IMG/VR virus record: IMGVR_UViG_3300002835_000018
Direction: 5' to 3' (one strand)
From: a virus
Length of the DNA: 64,000 nt
Position 1 is the stretch's first letter, and each line of letters begins with the position of its first letter. The translations under genes were made by a program, and so were the position numbers. Below are positions 28,701 to 36,239 of this stretch, in pieces. The notes under the pieces are model-generated. The model saw nothing but the letters and a program-made list of their open reading frames with translations, ran no database searches and had not been told where the DNA came from.

Positions 28701-31696
28701 GTTCCGACAATGCTGCTTTTTTTGATGACAAGGATGATACATTATACACAAAATTACTCAAAGAAAACCCATCTTTGTTTTTCAACAACTTTTCTGATGA
28801 AATTGAATCTTATGGAATAGTAACGGATAGGAGATATGGAGATTTAAAAAATCAAAGATATCTTAATGAAAACCCCTATACATCAATAGAAGATGCAATA
28901 CTTTTTGAAAAGTTAAAAGATGACAAAGGCAAAGGCGAGAGAGGAATGCCAGAGTCGTTTATCTCAGAAATAACTCCTTTGCAAAAAAGTGGGGCAAGTG
29001 AAGGACAACTTAATAAAATCAGAGAAAAATATGAATCAAAAAATGCAGCCACAGATTTCATTTTGAAAAAACTTGGAAAAGGTGATGTTGAAAAAATAAA
29101 CGACTATGATAAAAGTGCAATATTTGGAAGATTGTTTAAACAAGATAAAAACATATTAAATATTGAAGAGCTTGGACCAAAAATATTGTTTGACGATCAA
29201 AATGAACAAAAAATAGTAGAAATAGCAAAATCACTTGGTGTTAAGATGCCAGATGATCAAGAATATTCTATAAAAGATTTAAATACAAATTATGATGTTT
29301 TTAGAAAAAATTTAAAGCTAGAACAGTTGGCTCAAAATATAAAAACTACTGCAAATCTTGAAAACTTAGAAGGTCAAACAATATTAAGTGCAAGTGAAAA
29401 ACTAAAAAAACAAAAAGGTGGACTTTATGTATTACCAATTCAAAGAAGAAGACTTGATGACTATATAAATCAAACATATAAAGAAGTTTCTAATTTAATG
29501 GAACCAACTTATACAGTTGACGGATTAGAGGGAGCAGAACCAAGAAAAATAGATACAGATAAGGAAAAAAGAAAAAATTTACAAAAAAATATTGAAAACG
29601 AATTATTTAATGGGTCTTATGAGGAAGATGCAACAAAAACAGATTTGCTAAATTATGTTAAATTAATGAAAAATATAAATCAGAAAAAATATTATAAAGA
29701 TAGAAATTATGGTGTGGAAGAAATAAAATATGCTGGCCTATTGCCACAATATCAAAATATTGAAATTGAAAAAAGACAAAAAGAAAATGCTTTAATATTA
29801 GAACAATTTAGCAAAGACTTTGGTAAAAAACTTACTGCAATAGTTCCATTCTTCAACAACAATTTATTCAACACAAAATTTGATGCATTGCAATATAGTT
29901 CTAATGATGGAAATGTACAAACCAAAGAGGACTTCTTTAAATATGATAAAGATAAAATAAAAAAAGATTTAAATATTCCAGAGAAAGAAGAAGTGGTTTC
30001 AAAAAACATATATGACTATTTTGAAAAAAACAAGAGTATAAAATACAATTGGATTGGTGCTAAAGAAAATAATTTAGATCAACCAATAGCTATGGCCTCT
30101 GGCGGTATTGTTCCAAGCAGTGCTCCAAACCCTGACCCATCCTTCTTTGTCGCAAAGGGCAGTGATACTGTACCAGCAATACTATCTCCTGGTGAGTATG
30201 TAGTTAATGCTAGGGCAACTGCTGCTAATCTCCCTCTCTTGCAAAATCTTAACAGTGGTGGGGCGGTAAAGTACTTATATCGTGGTGGTGATCTTCAAGC
30301 TATAAACCCATACTATGCTAGGCTTTCTGGACAATCTCCAGGCAGAGGATACATTAACTCTCGTGGAAGACAAAGGACAGACTTTGATATAGGGGCACAG
30401 GGTTATTTAGCCTCTAAAAACTTTAACCCTAGAAGTAACGCAAACACTCTTAATAATTTGGCTAATTATGCAGCAGATAGATCAGGATTTTTAAACAAGC
30501 CAGGATATGGAAGATACACTTACAATAGTTTCTATGGACCAAAACACTCAAAAGAATTTGGTGGTGATGGCTATGGTTCTACTTCTTTTAGCGGTAGAAA
30601 TGCAATTCCTGATTATCTTGGTGGACTAAATGCGTTATCTGATTCTCGATATGGCTCACCAAAAATGGCTGGTGTTACAAAATTCGCACTCGAAGATTGG
30701 GCTTTCGAAGATATTCTTAACAATAGAGAAATTTCCAGAGGGCCAATTGGTGGTTATCAAATGTCCGATGTTGGAAGCAGATACATATCTGGATTAATTG
30801 GTGGACCACCCGCTGATAAAGTAAGTCTTAAAGACTATATGAATGAACTTGGTTTTAGTAAGGCTGGAAATCAAACATTCCAAGGCGTTAGTGCTAACAA
30901 AGCATTAGCAATGGGAAGCCTTGCTGATACTCCAGGAAGTAATGTGGGCATAGCTCAACAGGCAATATCTTCAATACAAACTAAAGGTTTAGGAAACCTA
31001 TCGGTAAACAATACAGATGTGGCAGCAGCTACAGCTTTAGATACTATTAAAAATGCAAGAATGTCGCACTATAATCAGCCAAGAAGATTTTTTGCCAACG
31101 GTGGCTCAACCACTGATACTCAACCAGCTATGTTAACACCAGGAGAGTTTGTTGTAAGTAAACCAGCAGTAGATAGAGTTGGAACTGCATTTTTAGATAG
31201 AGTAAACAATTATGCTAAAGGTGGAAAAGTTGGTTATTATCAAAATGGAACTGGTAGTTCTAATTCTGGAAGTGGACCAATTTTAGGTGTTGATTTTAAA
31301 ATACTTCAATCTGCATCCGAAAATTTACAAGGTGTAGCAGGACTTGTGAGTTCGGCTGTAATACAATTAGGAACATCTTTTGGACAAGCTGCTGGTACAA
31401 TAACATCATCAATGTCATTAATTGATAAAGTTGGATCACTAATGAATAGCTCATCATCAGCAATGTACTCTAGTAGTCTTGCTTTTGAAAGAGCAGTCAA
31501 CAATCTAGCATCTGCACTAGATCGTGTACCAAAAACAATAAACTTGGCTATTGCACCATTATCATTGAATGTAAGCTTTAATACCCCAAGCGTACTAGCA
31601 GCAATACAACAATCATTGTCTGGTATAACAACTAATGTTGCAGGAATGATTCGTTCAGCAATTGAAGACAACAATAATGATCAAATGAGGGCATAA
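16742..31696 (+). CDS. Giant tape measure protein (4984 aa), polyvalent
   Basis: N-terminal TP901-type TMP domain (AVEFDREM, FAVEAQDL..G..KAG, IGTGLRTIF.R), long coiled coils, Gly-rich hydrophobic segments and repeated D.VPA.L.PGE.V modules. Follows the tube and chaperone genes. Confidence 0.85.
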   Translation: MAFNLTAQLSVALNTASLKNAANTINSQLKDVGAVSLGIPKNDADNLRYIKVQAAEASTAMEQFGRQSGLAAKRFVAFTLTAGAIITFTSSLKQALTAAVEFDREMVRLTQVSTDSVGQVGAVGNEVSRLSKNYGVSSKDLLTTAVTLKQANLSLADTKVALEALAQAALAPSFDNLRDTTEGAIAVMNQFGISAKDLGNALGAINAVAAEFAVEAQDLIEGVRKAGGAFKSAGGDLNEFLALFTSIRQTTRESAESIGTGLRTIFTRVQRNETVEALKDIGVQLRYTADEARAAGDLGLANQFVGPYEAVKRLSGALNELRSTDPRFSAIIEELGGYRQISKVIPLIQEFGVAQKALGIAQIGGASLALNAAQAQEAFGVKIQKVKEEFADFIRNLTNTSSFRSLIDLLLGAASAGIALADSLKGILPVITAIAAVKTVQSLTSFTKGFASTAFAPAPASQPSTFSPFLPTGGRKASGGIIKMAKGGIVPGVGRGDKVPALLEPGELVIPRNRFDMGGKVLDVIKETGKTSLNDLYDPELDAYKFIGQIKRNKLGKYDKYRKDSERMLNAGKNVYENEMANPKSTPQKAVEKANSAVTKAFGRKVVGGRDNFLGQLGENYFKVKIGEGSQSQYNQIAGALGEADTAKKLRRNPQTSNYVKLPNQQGMDFIGDDKLIETKVTKNQVPDIEIIAKALLYEGKLANINPKSSYKNQRDDSINLSNLSVYESFEKKLALGGLVPGVGNTDSVPLDLPIGSYVIKKSSVNSIGASNLSRLGRASGGVIPSLVMPGEYIYTPDETKKIGVPNLDHMNTTGRKKFARGGYGSLTKEEIKIAKQVEGQLRIPTNKAEKRQNRQEAIAVAEDVTNTTKQVKALEPIYKQQANKVAQGQKNEENINAARAEILKTMEERKGILKDVKAKEQEERDIQARHISNAKAKEQEIRGLETQKRGVAVGSREEKAIDKKIQAATRVKTNYENLAANKQASIDAAASTTAEAQKNVGQSVNNLKQVNQSAARNKAFVDQAQKDLEKTGSEINALKNKYKDNPDGNITKDGKVITSTYGDAYKKEIRKELSNYKKLYGEEATGGTRKEIRENTAQRLKAGYFNQIKSFSEAKGLEFDEKFANKQAQQMARETVAGRRKFEVSSKGEFYDPVLANRLKTQGYTETGQKKILRKVTDFGKGLVSKEGLQNSSFAVSSGIGLIASAVGPQAEDYKKAVAGGAEGESIVKAGAGISGGLTGAATGLAIGSFAGPFGMAVGALIGGFTGIVSGLTDAKKQISSIKLEEAGNKLKNAFEVAAASFGKISQENLNEITTLQSKIDDEISTKSAASTTFFSRKSYASQEATNTAVERRNQYAAQAGGINALLSKQLQEDIKSSPVVRDEQGKRKPYEIEGFFKDSANISQIARLAIGLDQPISKIKKQLETFAKDFEKQQNAAKSQAQAIEGAQKLSIAFSLIADASTNAANTLNNLTPAFQTITDSLSSNFSVSQKQKISNEIQLPSIDPTGFKTNLKNITGGLGSSGENLQSSGTVLAEMSSILPNILANIRPNDMGGGKDPQSALRSALTQQLKGVGGLDETQIQSYVNSVVGKMGEDFTKMLSESGGDYNELAKKLMSNVSDPFLNAFKTITVNLEKAADTYVAGINKLVQATLTTVQEFDKLSKIQQQTRNIRTNIAIEDEVKRQKKARPFSDVNENVIGLNMTNVADQTQAFREQQARLAGVNVNGQQLTPDEIQAKIEQNRARTEQAQTKQNNSKLTATEGRGDYVEATNELGRLKVEASLLNQAMKNLADSTEEISAIEQRVGKIRQEIAKEEQDNARKQSETENKGEKLLTSSPEQLQRLQAGSQLANVAKSIGGNLLRFNVEQRKAIFEYLDFSGDEGKKLKSQFLQASGFVSKPETAMQDKFGPQLAQLNQQLLAVMAVREQAQINIIKDQQTLQGEFFTKLSAQNEVFFTRLGQQLLMPQVAQQQQIQLESNAKLVDMKASEKSVALFNPLDALAIQNKEVGGGQAYYNNKIRPKTKDITSFLLAEEERKKIAELQPGVGKDSTAIAINALAGGNLAAKLPSALAQNKAVQTANIDLGKLSEEIQAANKGGTDSTQLASIITAAIGKRLATLRAEQEQVQGNLAGSLGLKITTDQKGNRDIAKDQDPTKGGVGGFVTDLIKNNVTGAAFTQATEDVKRLGNVIGTQFTAQMGILEAQTTAATTQIAALNIQIAALGKPKPPVPNAQNVNAIAPPQVANPPVAQNNLVRPQGIPFAPARLSTGGMVTHSSAIVGADPKVFKPIGPDTIPAMLNDGEYVVNAKATSENLPLLQALNGGGTVKPTKAMNDGGAVKYLAGGAFVGGPAGAGVAVNAVELKRIIDDERQRRVDLAILQKFGNLRGSWRRNALNNSLRIQAGDSNLTNIPYQGGQFIASAIVSPAFDEPWTPIKDITTAGLKTNNLNPQQKEALNKKAIFGMPLNIKPVHYQWITGITDKYIRGDLTQQQKNTNINANQSVFDVTAKDAQGNSKEYYRRRAKLDPFFQGLLVYGAPVQFGENKKFSDTFGFDLADENFPVLGFSKGGQAGRKTPAMVQSGEFIVGADKAKKNKGLLDHMNGGGKVSYLSLGGMSEADEFMRNSSKPGVQNILQTFRNNDSGPGNLKIKRMDPLNTTGVATRGTEYLLERARHYLGERIANQFSRILSKPAEDVGPDRRVMKKMQMFQDILPTLEKNPEQLESTRGFYNIKRDTAVTLIRGEAGPVQPQSSRKTTRHEFGGHALTYAAEKPGAKLKNSIFGSLGLDTLENLFKPTRTVAETHARIVEEKSPAASLKRMISFLSNQKAANAYGANPILGKDALGFHAQALKDLQGNKGQIPIDGLLSGAGKGKEAELFKEFLTRAGKKTSSISEVAGKSYINAKAFVGAGLLNPKKSIGAGLVAAASLFGSTGKSYGQEAIKAKDSDSIVIPGYESTEEQIKADNDLKAIQANEKFWENAIMAGYIASPFAAVGTVALASRYRTNQKIAGLFPDDVDAQKKYRKGSAADRMIMIKNLKYTEEGKSLVKTYESFIKDTTNKGIVTRNVPFAGFFGRLGKGIGKFGVNTVKGIGNIVGDFNSGELQSNIIKSIGIGKSDEIPMNKAGGVDWGKNIPTNQIEASIKSPDTTPQMRAVLQKILDERAGKPTSEVSTNPVVSETSNNPIKVEKVINDLSNFERNKNVSMKQIKDLNLSDLKKIYENKNLPKKYREQAQTERFNRIVNDKTNNNIAANKQDFVNEFKKLSPLDQNRFVTMYEADQLTAPLDSEIPKPKTNEAKPVVIEKPIKNSTNNNIYEFLKSKKVPENIIKATLKKTSRFLESPIAQPITKKIALDIANDIKTRMVTASQKSTEGKPNELQLSKEKYKADANKFLQNELDARYGERKLISKNGLKPLKLTRETPIPGNVIAEIQSRNPYLLANQIYNARENAATANFRTEGLSVEQIQAKKIEYAKRAAIFRNIKSAEQQRAISLAQAREVIRLENIALQEVEGFKRAEGARKRIENANKEIERQNAAKNKNVIGIKPDGEVKAGKVQVKVEKKVRDVFNIKPDEVKAEKNLGIPKEIPKEIYGLKPDPVKTDITNKTEPSKVPPKVDVTTGNKPNLNDAGKGTVVPTTTEGRTGVQPSKVPPSELVGPLPPTPEQIAAEAAAKAETAKATEAAKAEPAAKNNAPVEAPKTVRQILEKNGVTPSEMAQVQNQFPDIAKGRKINEIMKAVQRVREKNKASFVETNNQLIRANNNSKTIIGNSSKFNMIDGGKTIQKYGTYAQIALPLVKTSIVDYMNGVDPSEIKKKLGAEALTSAALIPLFEGLTRIPKVAPFAGPLGLAFLPQTATDLEKIGTALTTNKNQGQIKSVVENYGTVFPEIANLYDKKKYESSSLILGESDADTTLAGQGASYLGTIAAGALAGSAIPIPGGTLLGGAAGFLIASYKFLRDTYARNLKLRKNDEAKTLRKYLQPRFDARGMGSDNAAFFDDKDDTLYTKLLKENPSLFFNNFSDEIESYGIVTDRRYGDLKNQRYLNENPYTSIEDAILFEKLKDDKGKGERGMPESFISEITPLQKSGASEGQLNKIREKYESKNAATDFILKKLGKGDVEKINDYDKSAIFGRLFKQDKNILNIEELGPKILFDDQNEQKIVEIAKSLGVKMPDDQEYSIKDLNTNYDVFRKNLKLEQLAQNIKTTANLENLEGQTILSASEKLKKQKGGLYVLPIQRRRLDDYINQTYKEVSNLMEPTYTVDGLEGAEPRKIDTDKEKRKNLQKNIENELFNGSYEEDATKTDLLNYVKLMKNINQKKYYKDRNYGVEEIKYAGLLPQYQNIEIEKRQKENALILEQFSKDFGKKLTAIVPFFNNNLFNTKFDALQYSSNDGNVQTKEDFFKYDKDKIKKDLNIPEKEEVVSKNIYDYFEKNKSIKYNWIGAKENNLDQPIAMASGGIVPSSAPNPDPSFFVAKGSDTVPAILSPGEYVVNARATAANLPLLQNLNSGGAVKYLYRGGDLQAINPYYARLSGQSPGRGYINSRGRQRTDFDIGAQGYLASKNFNPRSNANTLNNLANYAADRSGFLNKPGYGRYTYNSFYGPKHSKEFGGDGYGSTSFSGRNAIPDYLGGLNALSDSRYGSPKMAGVTKFALEDWAFEDILNNREISRGPIGGYQMSDVGSRYISGLIGGPPADKVSLKDYMNELGFSKAGNQTFQGVSANKALAMGSLADTPGSNVGIAQQAISSIQTKGLGNLSVNNTDVAAATALDTIKNARMSHYNQPRRFFANGGSTTDTQPAMLTPGEFVVSKPAVDRVGTAFLDRVNNYAKGGKVGYYQNGTGSSNSGSGPILGVDFKILQSASENLQGVAGLVSSAVIQLGTSFGQAAGTITSSMSLIDKVGSLMNSSSSAMYSSSLAFERAVNNLASALDRVPKTINLAIAPLSLNVSFNTPSVLAAIQQSLSGITTNVAGMIRSAIEDNNNDQMRA

Positions 31697-31697
31697 A

Positions 31698-33677
31698 ATG
31701 CCATTAACGCATCAGTGGAAATTCAATGGCGACTTGAATGATAGTATAGGAAACTTAGATTTTTCTAATACTAGAGGTCTTGTCACATTTGTTGATGGGC
31801 TAGTTCAAAAATGTTTAAACTTTCAAGATGGCTATCATGGCCCATTAACTAGTGGTGTGTTTACACAATCAAACCCATTACCATCAACTGTAGATGCTCC
31901 TTGGACAATATCTTTTTGGGTAAAAAGTGTTGAAGAAGACATTATATTTCAGATATACGGTGGTGGAGATACAAGATTTTACATTTCAATAAAAACATCA
32001 ACAAATAGTTTAAGTGTTGGATTTAATAATGGTTTTGATTCTGGAGTAGCTTTAATAAAATTAGGTGCTAATGATTTTAATCAACAGTTTACAAACATAA
32101 TAATTGTTTATAAAGGCCCAACTGAACCATTATCTTTAGCCTTAAATGGAACACAACAAGATCTTTTTTTTGATGGCACAACACCAAGTCCAGACACATT
32201 AGATTATTCAATACCGTTTAGCACAGAGAGAATAGTTGATAATACAAATTTATTTTTTATAACCAACACCTCTAGTGGCTATCAATTAGATGATTTAAGA
32301 ATATATGACGAAGCAATTGATTCTACAGAAATAGCACAAATACAAACTATCTACTGTAATGAGATAACTACTGAAACACAATTAGTCATAACTACTCAAC
32401 CAACAGGCACTTACACCAATGTTGCTTTAGGTGCTACAGTCATAGAGGTTAGAGATGCTTACAATCAAGTAGTAACTTCTTCTAATTTACGAGTTACAGC
32501 AGAAATATATACTGGAACAGGAACATTTGTTGGTACAACTATGGTTCAAGCCGTAGATGGTATAGCAACATTTTCAAATTTAAAAATATATCCAGGTGGA
32601 GATTTTACTTTAAGGTTTACAAACCCATGTATAACTCCTGCCATAAGTGACAGCTTTTCACTAATTTATTTTTTGGACTCAATAAATGTTGGAATACCAA
32701 ATGTTTCATTGTTTATTAAAAACGCAGAAGAAAATAATGTAAGCTTATTTACTCATGGAAATAAAGATTATATTAAAACCATGACGATGTTTTTAAAGTC
32801 AAACCCTATCTCTGCATTAAGTTTGTTTGTTAAATCAAATGCTAAAAATACTTCTTTAAAAAATCTATATGTTAGAGGTGCTTATTCAAATACATCAACA
32901 TTGTTCATAGAAGGTGCTGGAAGAAGCACAAGAATCAGAAGGTTGTTCACTAAATCATTTCCAGAAAATTCAATGCCATTATTTATAATTTCAAACATGC
33001 AATCAAATTTAACTATGTTTGTAAAATGCATAGTTGATGACAAAATGCAATTGTTTTTAAAACAAGATCCGCAAAAAATGTTGCCTCTTTATATTAGTGG
33101 ACCAAAAAGAATAGCTTTCAATGGCAAAACAAACCTTTATATGCAAGGCGATGAGGCAGTAAGAATATTTTATAGAGGAATGAATCTTTTTGTTAGAAGC
33201 TCTGAACAGCAAAGTCTAAATTTATATATGGAAGTTCCATTAATAGGTGATCTTTCTAGTGGTATGAGCTTGTATACACAATCTTTAACAATTAAGAAAA
33301 ATATTGAAAATTATTTAAATCTAACATTGTTTAATGACATTTTGGGAAAAACCATAGAGAAAACACTTTACATAGAAGGAACTGGAACATCTCAGGGTTA
33401 TCTGCCAAATAATGGGCAAATAGACTTGTTTGTATCTAGAGATAATGAACATTATGCAAATATTATGAATTTATTTACAGAAGGTAAAGCATCCTTAAAT
33501 AATTATGTGGACTTATTTCAAAAAGGGCACGACAATTTAAATTCTTCTGTTAATTTAAGCATTCCAAATGTTGTAGTAGGAGCAGACAATAAACTGTATT
33601 TATATATACATGGGCTTAGTTTTTACACAAACCACTTTGCCGATATGGACATGTACATAAAAGTAGACGAGGTATAA
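31698..33677 (+). CDS. Tail-associated protein with LamG/concanavalin-like domain, Ig-like domain and LF-repeat region
   Basis: HQWKFNGDLND, WTISFWVK and LDDLRIYD (LamG-like); LVITTQP..GIATFSNL (Ig-like); roughly 13-aa LxLF[IV] repeats. Confidence 0.65.
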   Translation: MPLTHQWKFNGDLNDSIGNLDFSNTRGLVTFVDGLVQKCLNFQDGYHGPLTSGVFTQSNPLPSTVDAPWTISFWVKSVEEDIIFQIYGGGDTRFYISIKTSTNSLSVGFNNGFDSGVALIKLGANDFNQQFTNIIIVYKGPTEPLSLALNGTQQDLFFDGTTPSPDTLDYSIPFSTERIVDNTNLFFITNTSSGYQLDDLRIYDEAIDSTEIAQIQTIYCNEITTETQLVITTQPTGTYTNVALGATVIEVRDAYNQVVTSSNLRVTAEIYTGTGTFVGTTMVQAVDGIATFSNLKIYPGGDFTLRFTNPCITPAISDSFSLIYFLDSINVGIPNVSLFIKNAEENNVSLFTHGNKDYIKTMTMFLKSNPISALSLFVKSNAKNTSLKNLYVRGAYSNTSTLFIEGAGRSTRIRRLFTKSFPENSMPLFIISNMQSNLTMFVKCIVDDKMQLFLKQDPQKMLPLYISGPKRIAFNGKTNLYMQGDEAVRIFYRGMNLFVRSSEQQSLNLYMEVPLIGDLSSGMSLYTQSLTIKKNIENYLNLTLFNDILGKTIEKTLYIEGTGTSQGYLPNNGQIDLFVSRDNEHYANIMNLFTEGKASLNNYVDLFQKGHDNLNSSVNLSIPNVVVGADNKLYLYIHGLSFYTNHFADMDMYIKVDEV

Positions 33678-33678
33678 A

Positions 33679-34962
33679 ATGCCAGCAATTTTCAATGGCT
33701 TACAATTAGACCCAATACAATCAGTAAGCGTATCTCAACAAACAGAGTTTTTGACAAGTGGAAAGCTATCAAAGTATCTTTTTAACATATCTGTAAAAGG
33801 AAAAATAGTAGCTTCTCAAAGTGCAAAAAATGCTACAAAACACACTTGGATACTCGGACAACAACAAACCATAAATTCAAAGTGTGCGTATAGTTCAGAT
33901 GGTGAAACAAAAGACTTTTCATTTACATCTAGGAATGGAACTGGCACATTTTCTTGTAGCGGTAGGATAAAATCTGTTTCTTTTGATGAAGGAACTTGGG
34001 TTGATTATTCAGATTACACCATTGAAATGGAAGCTGATTCATTTACATATAATGGGGTAAAAGTTCCATCAAAAGATGAGATAAACTTAAATTTTGATGA
34101 GTCTTGGACTGTAGAAATAAATGATGAAGATAAAAGGTTTACAAAAGTATCTCATAAAATTTCTGCAAAATGTAAAGACATAAAAGATGCTAGTGGATGG
34201 ACTGCTGGATGGAAAAAAGCCAAAGCAAAAGTCGATGCAAACATAGCCGATACAATACCAAATGATATAAGTGGTGCTACTGATGGAACATTTAGCAATG
34301 CACACAATAGAAAGTTGTCTTATAGGTTAAATGTATTAACTGGTGAAGTTTCTGCTGATGTTGAATTATCATATCATGATCCAGCTAGTGGAGAATCTGC
34401 ATTAGCAAGTCATGATCAAACAATAACAGAAAAGAACGACTCTAATTCTTTTAGGGGAACAACTTCAATCAGTGGAACTATAACAGGATTAAACGGTGGA
34501 GATAATGATAGATATGGTCCAGCATCTGATTTGTGGGAAACTGTTAAGGATGGAATAATCGCAGATTATGAAGATGTTACAATTTTATCAACATCAGAAA
34601 CTCATGATCAGATTAAAGGAATAATTAGTTACGATTATCAAATAGAAGATTATCCTAAACCAGCAGATGGATCAAAAACTAGAAAGGTAAATATAACACA
34701 AATGGGTCCAGAAGCTAATCCACCAGATACATATGTAACACATCAAACAATATATGGGGGAAAAGGACCACTATTTCAAGATATTAGTATAAAAAAAGTT
34801 CATACAAAAACTGTAACAATAGAAGCTGTTTCTCTTACTGATCCCACATTAAATACGCTAGAATATGCTCCAGATGCTGATTATATAATCGAATCTGACA
34901 ATGTACAAAGAAACATTGCTGCTGGTAAAAAAACAAGAACCACAGTTTTTATATGGGAGTAA
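33679..34962 (+). CDS. Tail tip / distal tail protein, paralog A
   Basis: Downstream of the TMP, beta-rich, aligns with 34966..36213. Confidence 0.5.
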   Translation: MPAIFNGLQLDPIQSVSVSQQTEFLTSGKLSKYLFNISVKGKIVASQSAKNATKHTWILGQQQTINSKCAYSSDGETKDFSFTSRNGTGTFSCSGRIKSVSFDEGTWVDYSDYTIEMEADSFTYNGVKVPSKDEINLNFDESWTVEINDEDKRFTKVSHKISAKCKDIKDASGWTAGWKKAKAKVDANIADTIPNDISGATDGTFSNAHNRKLSYRLNVLTGEVSADVELSYHDPASGESALASHDQTITEKNDSNSFRGTTSISGTITGLNGGDNDRYGPASDLWETVKDGIIADYEDVTILSTSETHDQIKGIISYDYQIEDYPKPADGSKTRKVNITQMGPEANPPDTYVTHQTIYGGKGPLFQDISIKKVHTKTVTIEAVSLTDPTLNTLEYAPDADYIIESDNVQRNIAAGKKTRTTVFIWE

Positions 34963-34965
34963 TAA

Positions 34966-36213
34966 ATGGCAATCACCCTTAATGGAACGACTATAATTCC
35001 AACACCGTTTGTAACAGCACAAACAGAAAATGAATTTAAAGAAAATGGCAAAGTAAAAAAGAGCGTATTAACAGTAACCTTAAAGGGAAAAGCACTTTCT
35101 CTTGAAAAACAAAATGGGGTAGTTGTAGATCTTGCACAAGCTGATGAAAAAGGAAGACTTGGTTATATAAATAGTGCTCATTCACTAATAGAAGGATTGG
35201 TTGTTCATTCTGTAAATGATCTATTTGTTACTGGAACAATGAGTGCCCCTTTTCTTTCTGGTAAGGTGAAATTAAAATCAAAATCTTATCAAATTGATGC
35301 GAGCAATGTTTTTGCTGATTACACAATAGTTTTTGAAAAAGTTTTATTTGAATCACAAGATGTTGATGAAAATTGGTCTTTAGATCCAGCAGATGAGTAT
35401 AACAGATTTGTAAAAGTAACAAGATCTAGAAGTATTACATTAAATAGTTCTGAAACTGCAACTTATCAATTAGCTATAGCAAAATTGCCAGCTTCATCTA
35501 GTTTTACTGATGGTGCAAGTTATTTGCCAGCCACAACAGGTTCGGCTTACAATAAAACGACTAACTATACAGTTAACACTGAAAAAAACTCAGTTGAATG
35601 CACAGAAAGTTGGACTGTATGCAATACAAGTGCTTTAGTTGAAGAAACATATTCTATAAAAGAATCTTCTGACTCAATTTATAAAACTTTCTCAAAACAA
35701 ATAAGTATAAAAGGACTTGCTGGTGAAGGAGGTGGAGATAAGTACGCAAACGCAAACGCATATTTTTCAACAATGACAATTCCAGAAATTGGAGATTCCT
35801 ATGAAGGTTCTGACACAGATAAAATAAAATCTATTTCTGTTTCAAGGAACATTATAAGTGGAACCATAACGGTAAACATGGATGCTTCTGGTGGAATTGA
35901 AGAGGATGGTGAGATTTATAGGACTGTAGATATAACTGATAATGTACCAACAGAATTTTATGCTTCTATTGCAGCAATTGGAAAAGAGTCAGGACCAATA
36001 TTACAAAGATTTGGAACTAAAAAACAGGGTAGTTTGTCTGTAAACATTACGGTAATATATAAGGATGGAGGTTATAATGAACCATCCGTTAGTAAGTATA
36101 AGCCTTCAGATGGAACCAGTTATTTTGTTGATAAAGATGAAATGACTTTTGATGAAAGAACTGGAAAAGTTACCAGAAGTATTACTTGGACTTATGGTGG
36201 GGAATTTGTTTAA
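34966..36213 (+). CDS. Tail tip / distal tail protein, paralog B
   Basis: Shares NG...P, KGK, DYTI, DE.W, GP..Q and G..TR motifs with the upstream gene. Confidence 0.5.
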   Translation: MAITLNGTTIIPTPFVTAQTENEFKENGKVKKSVLTVTLKGKALSLEKQNGVVVDLAQADEKGRLGYINSAHSLIEGLVVHSVNDLFVTGTMSAPFLSGKVKLKSKSYQIDASNVFADYTIVFEKVLFESQDVDENWSLDPADEYNRFVKVTRSRSITLNSSETATYQLAIAKLPASSSFTDGASYLPATTGSAYNKTTNYTVNTEKNSVECTESWTVCNTSALVEETYSIKESSDSIYKTFSKQISIKGLAGEGGGDKYANANAYFSTMTIPEIGDSYEGSDTDKIKSISVSRNIISGTITVNMDASGGIEEDGEIYRTVDITDNVPTEFYASIAAIGKESGPILQRFGTKKQGSLSVNITVIYKDGGYNEPSVSKYKPSDGTSYFVDKDEMTFDERTGKVTRSITWTYGGEFV

Positions 36214-36239
36214 AAACAATTTTATTGGCGGGTCACAAA

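Noticed and set aside
17594-31674. Many short antisense or alternate-frame ORFs within the TMP and other long genes
   Set aside because: They are low-complexity shadow frames of strongly biased coding sequence, without recognisable motifs.
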